This document shows positions 57,314 to 64,000 of a stretch of DNA of 64,000 nucleotides, piece by piece. The notes beneath the pieces are model-generated. The model ran no database searches and was not told the origin of the DNA. It saw only the letters and a program-made list of their open reading frames with translations. The first letter of the stretch is position 1, and the number at the start of each line of letters is the position of its first letter. The position numbers and the translations under genes were made by a program. The stretch covers positions 141,460-205,459 of the forward strand of contig JAAFIV010000003.1 of assembly GCA_013298775.1 (NCBI GenBank), given 5' to 3'. This stretch comes from Ignavibacteria bacterium (GTDB lineage Bacteria > Bacteroidota > Ignavibacteria > Kapaibacteriales > UBA4661).

Positions 57314-60300
57314 TTATCGCACCACCATCACGCGGCGCACAACGCGGCAGGGCTGCATACTCCCATCGCTACTCACAGAGGCGCATAGATACTGCATTTC
57401 AAGGAAATATGCTCCTGCGGGAACGCCTTCGGTGGAAAGCTCTAGTGTGTGTGTGGAGTGAAAATTTGTCTGCGTTGCATTTGAAGCAATACTACCAGAA
57501 GCGAGATGTAGTGCGCCCCTCCAGAGTGCGTGTTCATTCCCCAAGAGATTGATAAGTTTCACCGAAACAGCCACAGGTGGCGTGAGTGCTGGATTTTCCG
57601 CGCTTTCTGCATCAATACTTACCGTTAATTTATTACTCGTCGGATTCGGAAACACCTGCGTAATGGCAAGCGTTGGAGCTGTGCCAAAGAACAAGCGCGT
57701 TCCGCCAGTACGGTTCAAACCCCGCATAATTACTTGGCTTGTAGGATTGATATTATTCACAAACGGTACGGAAACACCGCCCACCACAAGCGAGGAAATA
57801 CGCAGCGTTGCGACGGAATCATTACCCAGGAGACCGCGTAGTTTCAGGCGGAGAATAGGTTCGGCTTCGTTGTCGGAGGCAATTGCGGTGGTGTAGCTGA
57901 GTGTGCGGATGCCGTTTTGAACACTATTGCTCGCGGGCGGCATGGATTCTGCTGCTTCGAGCAAGGAGGCATTGCTAACGGTGAGTTCAAGCCCGATGCG
58001 CGTTCCCACGCTTACGCCCGAGCGATTGCGCAGGAATATCGGCACTTCCACTTCTCGCGCGGGAGCCGCTTCAATACTGCTTTGCAGCGTGAGAATGCCA
58101 CCTGCGGCTCGTGCCACCCACTCAAGCGGAATCTCGCGCGCACACGCATCGCGCAGCGTGAGCCTCCGCAGAAAATTCCCACCCATTCCTGAGAAAAAGC
58201 GCACCCGTACTTGTCCCGTGCTGTTGGGCGGAAGCGGGTTTGGTTGCACAGATACAATCGTAAACGGGCTGTTTGCTTCGGTAGGGAAATTCAATGATTC
58301 AACCAACGTTCCGCGATTTTGAATGCTGAAACTCCGCACCACTTCTTGCTGTACGCCCACTGCACCAAAATCCAACACCCGCTCCAAAATCTGCAAGCCT
58401 GATGAATCCTTGCGTGCAGGAATAATGATATTCGAGGTATTTTCAAACGCATTTGAAAGAATGTTCAGCGCGGCTTGTTTTGTGCCTTGGGAGCTAGGCG
58501 TGAAGCGGAGGCGCAGCACATCGGACTGCCCACGCGGAATAAGCGATGGGAAGGACTCCACACGAAACTCGCCCGCGTTCGCGCCCGTAAGCGTCACGCG
58601 CTCAAGACGGGTATCGCCCGAACCATCGTTCCGAAGGCGCACGGTGGCTAGTGTTGTGGATTCGCACGTGAGATTAAGCGAAGGGAAATCAACAGCAAGA
58701 CGCGGCACCTGCAAAACCCGCACCGATACTCGTGCGCTGGCACTGGCATCGCAGAGAGCTTGGCGAAGCGTGACGGTGGTATCGAATTGAAAACCTGCCG
58801 CCGCGCCACGAAATTCCAACCGTGCTTCGGCAGAACCGCCATTTGGTAGGATTTCTTGAGGTTCGATGCTCGTAATCGTGAATTTATCACCCAACGCAAT
58901 CGGTGTTTGCCAGCGAAGCGGCAGCGTACCTGTGTTTACGATGCGGAATGTTTGGCGAATCGGCATATTTTCTTGTTCGCCAGAGACGAGAATTGGCGCG
59001 AGCGGCAGCAAAAATCCGATGGAATCTTTGCGAGCATTGATGGTGATAGTTTTTCGTGCGCCCGTTGCGGAATTGGTGATAAGTTCAATCGTGAAGGTCT
59101 TCAAGCCAGCAGAAAAGGGCGTAAAACCGAAGTCTATGGTGGCGGTGGTATTTGGTCCGATGTCGCTCGGCAAATTGCGCAAGGGAAACTCGGATGGGTC
59201 GCCACTCACCGCGCTAATGCCGTTGATGAAAATGCGTTGATTGCCGGTGTTTTGAAGCGGAATCGCAATCGTTGGCGAGGTTGCGCACACGATAGAACCA
59301 AGATTGACCACATCGGGAGCTTCCAAGACCGCCGAGCGACCAATGGAAACGGAAATCACCGAAGCACGTCCACACGCATCGCGCAGACGCAATTCCTCAC
59401 GAACTCTGGTGCGAAGCGGCACAGGCGGCGTGAGGGAAATCAATACAAATCCCGTTTGTCCAGGCGCGAGAAGAGGCGGCAAAACACCCTCAATGCGAGC
59501 ATTTGTGCCGCGTACAAGCGGTTCTACTCCTCTAAAATCAAGCGGGAGCGTGCCGACGTTGGTAATGCGAATGGAACGCTGGAAATTAAGCGGGTCGTAG
59601 TCTGGCACATCCACAATCGGATTCGGAAACACAATTCCCGTCGTGTCTCTGCGCCCTTCGAGCTGCACGGCGACAAGATTGCTGTTGAGCGCATTCGAGC
59701 GGAAAAGAACCTCTCCTGCAAATCTACCAAAGCGCGTAGAGCGAAACGCCACAAGCGCAGTATCGGTGCGCCCTGCGGCTATGCTTTGCGGAAAGCGAAT
59801 GACACTAAACTCGGACAGCAAGCCCGCTTGCACAGGACCGTTCGGATTGACACGCGGAATGTTCAATGTTGCTTCGCTAATGCGCAATTCTGCCGCACCA
59901 ATATTATTCAACAGAACCCGCGCCACGCCTTGCTCTTCGCAAAGTAATTGTGCAATTACTGAGCCGCTTGTTACCGCCAAAATAGGCGCGGCAGCAAGGC
60001 TGAAGTTTTCTGAAACAGCAACATTCGCGGGCGGAATATTAAACAGTACGGCGGCTGTATCTTGCAGCATTGCAAGGTTTCCCGCGCTTTGCGGGAAATT
60101 CGGACGCACGAAACGGCGCGTGGAAATAAGTTTTGTGCCGTCGGGACTCCATGCGACAACGTTGTTCAAATCAAGCGCGTCGGGGAAATCAATCGTTTGC
60201 AAAAGGTCGCCGCGCTGCGCATCCCACACATCCAAGCGGCGGTAGTTTCCGCCTGCAATACGCGTATTATCTGGGTTCCAGAGGTGGTCGGGATTGTTCC

Positions 60301-61963
60301 AGCGTCCGTATTGCGTTCCTGTTGCGAGTTGGTCATAGCTCTGAAAGCGCGTCTGTACTTGCGCTTGCTGAATATCGCCATTGGCGGGAATGCTGATAAT
60401 GACGGCATCGCCATCGTCAAAACGCAGCGCACGAGCAACATCGCCCGTGACAATGAGCGAGCGTCCGTCACGGCTCCATGACACGTTTGTCCAATACTGG
60501 GCGGCAAAAGGAATTTGAATAACTTTCGTTGTGCCAAGTCGCGGATTGACAAGCAGAATGCGGTTTACGAAGCAATTACAATCGCGCAGCAAACTTGGGT
60601 CGTTGTTGTTGCCCGTCATGCCCCAAATTGCCAGAAGATTGTCCGTCGGCGACCACGCCACGTTGCGAGCAAAAGAAACGCCCGGAAATTGTTCGAGATT
60701 ATCGGGCGCGACAGGCGCGAGGTCGTCGCGGGTGAGCGTGAAAATATTTTCCAGCACATTCTGCGGCAAGGTTGGAAGCGGCTGCAAATTCACAATTTCT
60801 ATACCACCGCGAATACAGCTCAGTGCCGCCATTTGCCGATTATTGCTGAAGTGAACGCTCGTGCCAAGGTCGCGGAAAAGGTCGCGCTGGCTTGTCGAAA
60901 TTTGCCCTAAACAGCTAAACTGATTATTCGGTACGCTTTCAATAATGGTGCGGGGTGCAGCAGTGCCAAGTTGCCATTCCGTGATACTGCGCAGCATGGA
61001 AACAGGATTTAAGCCCTGAAACGCCACGCCGCTCGGAGAAACTGCCGTTGCTGGCTCTACCTGCGTTTGCAAGCGATAGAGGAACAATGTGCTGCCATCG
61101 GGTCGCCATGCGGTATTGTATTCGTACAAAATGTTGCTGCCTTCGGTGCGTGGCAGTTGCAGAGCCGCGAGTTCGCCCCACGTGGAAGCATCCCAAACTC
61201 CAATCGTGCGCTCGTCTTTCCACCATGCAAACAAGCGTCCATCGGGTGTCCAGAAGTTTTGCTGTACGCCGAGCATATCCATTCCGTAGGCAATCGAACT
61301 GGAATAGCGAATGTTGTTGAATTGAATCGTGCGCTGGTAGGAGAATTGCCTGAGAACCCCGCCGTTATCGGCGTTGTAGATGGTTACGGCAATCGTGGCA
61401 GTGGAAACAAAGGTGCAATTTTGCGCATTATTCCACGCCGCATTTACGACCGCAACCTGCTTGCCGTCTGGCTTCCAGAAGACAAGCGGCTGCGCATTCA
61501 AAGGAAAATTCTGACAATTTGCAGAAGCATTCGTCGCAGGAGTAAAGCGCAATACCGTGTGCGGAATAAGCACTGGTGCGGTTGTGGTGGTGCCGCCCAT
61601 CGCGCTCGGCACGGTCATTTGTTGCGTAATTCCTTGCGTGGAAATTTTTGCGCCCAATTCCGTGATGCGGAGGCGAAAACGTTGCGTGGGGAAGTTCGGT
61701 AGATTGCGCCAGATATAGCGTCCGCCGCGAGCATTGGCAAGGAAATCCCAACTTGTGCCGTCGTTGATGCTGTACTCAATGCGCACACTGTCGTTTGGCG
61801 AAGTCAGCCCGTCATTCGGCGCATTCGACCAGCGAATATCCACATCGCTGCCGCCAAAGACGGGCGTGTTCTGCGTTGGTTGGAGAATGCGGACTTGCGC
61901 CGGAAGGAGTATTTGTGAGGCTTGGAGGAGGAGAAGAATGGCGAGTAGGTATATTCCCCTCAC
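57314..61963 (-). CDS. Large secreted protein: beta-propeller (WD40/TolB-like) + tandem Ig-like (choice-of-anchor D-like) repeats + T9SS-type C-terminal domain
   Basis: Repeated W(S/T/K/R)PDG motifs; about 6 repeats with NxG..PL/F.P patterns; C-terminal VFPNPTS...NLLG...PAGAYF...RVMVVR. Start is ambiguous: GTG 61963 gives a clean signal peptide, but the frame is open to 62266. Confidence 0.8.
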   Translation of the reverse strand: MRGIYLLAILLLLQASQILLPAQVRILQPTQNTPVFGGSDVDIRWSNAPNDGLTSPNDSVRIEYSINDGTSWDFLANARGGRYIWRNLPNFPTQRFRLRITELGAKISTQGITQQMTVPSAMGGTTTTAPVLIPHTVLRFTPATNASANCQNFPLNAQPLVFWKPDGKQVAVVNAAWNNAQNCTFVSTATIAVTIYNADNGGVLRQFSYQRTIQFNNIRYSSSIAYGMDMLGVQQNFWTPDGRLFAWWKDERTIGVWDASTWGELAALQLPRTEGSNILYEYNTAWRPDGSTLFLYRLQTQVEPATAVSPSGVAFQGLNPVSMLRSITEWQLGTAAPRTIIESVPNNQFSCLGQISTSQRDLFRDLGTSVHFSNNRQMAALSCIRGGIEIVNLQPLPTLPQNVLENIFTLTRDDLAPVAPDNLEQFPGVSFARNVAWSPTDNLLAIWGMTGNNNDPSLLRDCNCFVNRILLVNPRLGTTKVIQIPFAAQYWTNVSWSRDGRSLIVTGDVARALRFDDGDAVIISIPANGDIQQAQVQTRFQSYDQLATGTQYGRWNNPDHLWNPDNTRIAGGNYRRLDVWDAQRGDLLQTIDFPDALDLNNVVAWSPDGTKLISTRRFVRPNFPQSAGNLAMLQDTAAVLFNIPPANVAVSENFSLAAAPILAVTSGSVIAQLLCEEQGVARVLLNNIGAAELRISEATLNIPRVNPNGPVQAGLLSEFSVIRFPQSIAAGRTDTALVAFRSTRFGRFAGEVLFRSNALNSNLVAVQLEGRRDTTGIVFPNPIVDVPDYDPLNFQRSIRITNVGTLPLDFRGVEPLVRGTNARIEGVLPPLLAPGQTGFVLISLTPPVPLRTRVREELRLRDACGRASVISVSIGRSAVLEAPDVVNLGSIVCATSPTIAIPLQNTGNQRIFINGISAVSGDPSEFPLRNLPSDIGPNTTATIDFGFTPFSAGLKTFTIELITNSATGARKTITINARKDSIGFLLPLAPILVSGEQENMPIRQTFRIVNTGTLPLRWQTPIALGDKFTITSIEPQEILPNGGSAEARLEFRGAAAGFQFDTTVTLRQALCDASASARVSVRVLQVPRLAVDFPSLNLTCESTTLATVRLRNDGSGDTRLERVTLTGANAGEFRVESFPSLIPRGQSDVLRLRFTPSSQGTKQAALNILSNAFENTSNIIIPARKDSSGLQILERVLDFGAVGVQQEVVRSFSIQNRGTLVESLNFPTEANSPFTIVSVQPNPLPPNSTGQVRVRFFSGMGGNFLRRLTLRDACAREIPLEWVARAAGGILTLQSSIEAAPAREVEVPIFLRNRSGVSVGTRIGLELTVSNASLLEAAESMPPASNSVQNGIRTLSYTTAIASDNEAEPILRLKLRGLLGNDSVATLRISSLVVGGVSVPFVNNINPTSQVIMRGLNRTGGTRLFFGTAPTLAITQVFPNPTSNKLTVSIDAESAENPALTPPVAVSVKLINLLGNEHALWRGALHLASGSIASNATQTNFHSTHTLELSTEGVPAGAYFLEMQYLCASVSSDGSMQPCRVVRRVMVVR

Positions 61964-62125
61964 CCCAACCCCTCTCCCACGCGAAGCGCGAGGCGAGGGG
62001 CTATGCGCACCAGCAAAGGTCGAATTCGCCCCCTTGATAAAGGGGGAACGGGGGATTTGAGGTTTGAAGCCTCTTGTGGCAAATCCCCCACTCGCTACGC
62101 TCGTCGCCCCCTTTATCAAGGGGGC
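61956..62125. repeat. Half family D element (61956-62000) plus family E palindrome (62028-62125)
   Basis: CCCCTCACCCCAACCCCTCTCCC...GGCGAGGGG; GCCCCCTTGATAAAGGGGG...CCCCCTTTATCAAGGGGGC. Confidence 0.88.
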
Positions 62126-62283
62126 TGTCGGGAGGCAAGCATTCATGCGCTCTTTGGGCGTGTGTGCATAAACGAACCCTTTAGAAAAGAGGGCGGCAAA
62201 GGAGAGAGTACGGTACTTCACGGCATCAAACGTTAAAAGTGAGTGGAATATCTCAGTACCATACAAATAACTTCATAAAATTA

Positions 62284-62366
62284 GGCTTCAGTGGCACAGA
62301 CATTCCTGTCTGTGTTTATCGTCTGCATCCATCACCAACACTCACAGACAAGAATGTCTGTGCCAC
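62284..62366. repeat. Repeat family B pair
   Basis: Nearly identical arms to 2668-2750, including CACCAACACTCACAGACAAGAATGTCTGTGCCAC. Confidence 0.88.
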
Positions 62367-62407
62367 TGATTGGATATTTTGTGTATGATACAAAGGCGGA
62401 AGAGGCA

Positions 62408-63703
62408 TCACGCAAGACCACACCGCGCAAAAATGGCATCAACATTTTTGAGGGATTTTTCGGGAGCGCAGATTTCATCCAATTCCTGCGGGGTGAAATG
62501 CTGCATAATGTCGGGGTCGTTTTTCAGAAACTCCAGAAAGGGTGTGCGTTGTTCCCATGTTTTCATGGCATTGCGTTGAACCATTGCGTAGGCATTTTCG
62601 CGGGAAACGCCACGTTGGGCGAGTTCGAGCAAAACGGTTTGCGAAAAGGTCAAACCGCATGTCAAATCAAGGTTTTTCCGCATGGTGTCGGGGTAGATGA
62701 GCAGATTATCCAGCAAATTCGTCATCAGATGGAGCATATAATCCAGCGTGATGGTCGAATCGGGGCAAATCACCCGTTCAACGCTGCTATGAGAAATATC
62801 GCGTTCGTGCCAGAGAGCGACGTTTTCCATTGCGGCCATAGCATTTGCCCGCAAAAGTCGCGCCAAACCGCAGACGCGCTCGGAAACAATCGGATTGCGC
62901 TTGTGCGGCATAGCAGAACTTCCTTTTTGTCCTTTGCTGAAAAACTCTTCTGCTTCAAGGACTTCCGTGCGCTGCAAGTGGCGTATTTCCACCGCAATTT
63001 TCTCCAACGACGCGCCAATAATTGCCAACGTAGAGAGATATTCTGCGTGGCGGTCGCGCTGAATCACTTGCGTCGAAACGGGCGCGGGCTGAAGTCCAAG
63101 TTTTTGCGAAACGTATTCTTCCACTTTCGGGGAAATGTGTTCGTAGGTGCCGACAGCTCCGCTAATCATGCCGACGGAGATAGTATTGATGCCGCTTTTG
63201 AGGCGTTCGATATTGCGTTTACATTCTTCGCGCCAGAGCAAAAATTTCAAACCGAAGGTCGTGGGTTCAGCATGGATGCCATGTGTGCGCCCGATGCAGA
63301 GCGTGTATTTCGATTCCACCGCGCGGCGTTCCAAGACCGTGAGAAACCGCTCCATTGCTGATAAGAGAAGCTCACCGGCTTGTTTTAATTGCACCGAGAG
63401 ACACGTGTCCAGCACGTCGCTGGAAGTCATGCCCAAGTGAATGTAGCGCGACGGCTCGCCAACGTATTCGGCAACATTGGTCAGAAAGGCTATAACATCA
63501 TGCTTGGTGGTTTCTTCGATTTCCAAAACGCGCTTCACATCGAAGTTTGCTTTTGCTTTGATAATCTCAACCGCTTCTTTGGGAACAACGCCAAGCTCGG
63601 ACTGTGCCTCGCTTGCAGCGATTTCGATGTCCAGCCAAATGCGGAATTTGTTGTGGTCGCTCCAGATTGCGCCCATTTGCGGGCGGGTGTACCGTTCAAT
63701 CAT
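62408..63703 (-). CDS. purB: Adenylosuccinate lyase
   Basis: [54 protein letters not shown]. Confidence 0.97.
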   Translation of the reverse strand: MIERYTRPQMGAIWSDHNKFRIWLDIEIAASEAQSELGVVPKEAVEIIKAKANFDVKRVLEIEETTKHDVIAFLTNVAEYVGEPSRYIHLGMTSSDVLDTCLSVQLKQAGELLLSAMERFLTVLERRAVESKYTLCIGRTHGIHAEPTTFGLKFLLWREECKRNIERLKSGINTISVGMISGAVGTYEHISPKVEEYVSQKLGLQPAPVSTQVIQRDRHAEYLSTLAIIGASLEKIAVEIRHLQRTEVLEAEEFFSKGQKGSSAMPHKRNPIVSERVCGLARLLRANAMAAMENVALWHERDISHSSVERVICPDSTITLDYMLHLMTNLLDNLLIYPDTMRKNLDLTCGLTFSQTVLLELAQRGVSRENAYAMVQRNAMKTWEQRTPFLEFLKNDPDIMQHFTPQELDEICAPEKSLKNVDAIFARCGLA

Positions 63704-63798
63704 TGGTGTGGGGATGTGTTGTGAAAGATTTAACAAAATTGGCAAGAGAAAACGTATTGATGCAGCATTGATGCGCTTTCAATAAGGTCGAAAATAAC

Positions 63799-63846
63799 TG
63801 AGCCGCTTTCGGAGGTGCGTAAAACACTCTCGCAAAAGCGGCTCAA
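63799..63846 (-). terminator. Hairpin downstream of the fadN-like gene
   Basis: TGAGCCGCTTT...AAAGCGGCTCA. Confidence 0.55.
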
Positions 63847-63886
63847 TATCTGAAATTCTTAGGACATTTACTAACAGTTTACTGGC

Positions 63887-64000
63887 TTAGTTCCGAAGCG
63901 GCTTACCCGTCGTGAGCATAGCCATAATGCGCTCTTGCGTCTTTTTCTCCGCGCAAAGCGACATAAAGGTTTCTACTTCGAGTTCGTGCATATATTCTTC
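63887..64000 (-). CDS. 3' end of 3-hydroxyacyl-CoA dehydrogenase/enoyl-CoA hydratase (FadN-like)
   Basis: Own translation [37 protein letters not shown]; the GKPLRN terminus is characteristic of FadN-type proteins. Confidence 0.8.
   Translation of the reverse strand, partial: EEYMHELEVETFMSLCAEKKTQERIMAMLTTGKPLRN

Overview
A 64-kb bacterial chromosomal window of about 50% GC. The organism is probably an FCB-group (Bacteroidota/Chlorobiota/Ignavibacteria/Kapabacteria-like) bacterium. This is inferred from T9SS-type C-terminal domains, a TonB receptor + DUF4249 pair and TTTG-N20-TAnnTTTG-type promoters. Most of the window is housekeeping: uvrA (5'-truncated), comEA-like, murG, lolD-like, gcvH, gltB, accC-accB-efp-tRNA-Cys, rimP-nusA-infB-rbfA, fabG-acpP, purB and the 3' end of fadN. 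The most unusual region is a ~3-kb cassette (about 32.0-35.3 kb, AT-rich in its distal part) between near-duplicate outer-membrane protein genes. It encodes a stand-alone LytTR regulator, 21-bp-phased direct repeats, a 73-aa hydrophobic peptide, a long hairpin, a Yip1-like membrane protein and a SpoIIM/DUF95 protein. That is the gene signature of a head-to-tail cyclized (circular) bacteriocin cluster, here in a diderm lineage and without the usual ABC ATPase. The window also holds about 23 palindromic repeat elements in five families. Some lie in-frame inside genes (gltB, a degenerate cytochrome b), and one probably supplies the start codon of a large secreted protein. A DUF433/PIN toxin-antitoxin pair has a toxin frameshifted by a 23-bp tandem duplication. 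All assignments come from reading motifs by eye; no database searches were run.
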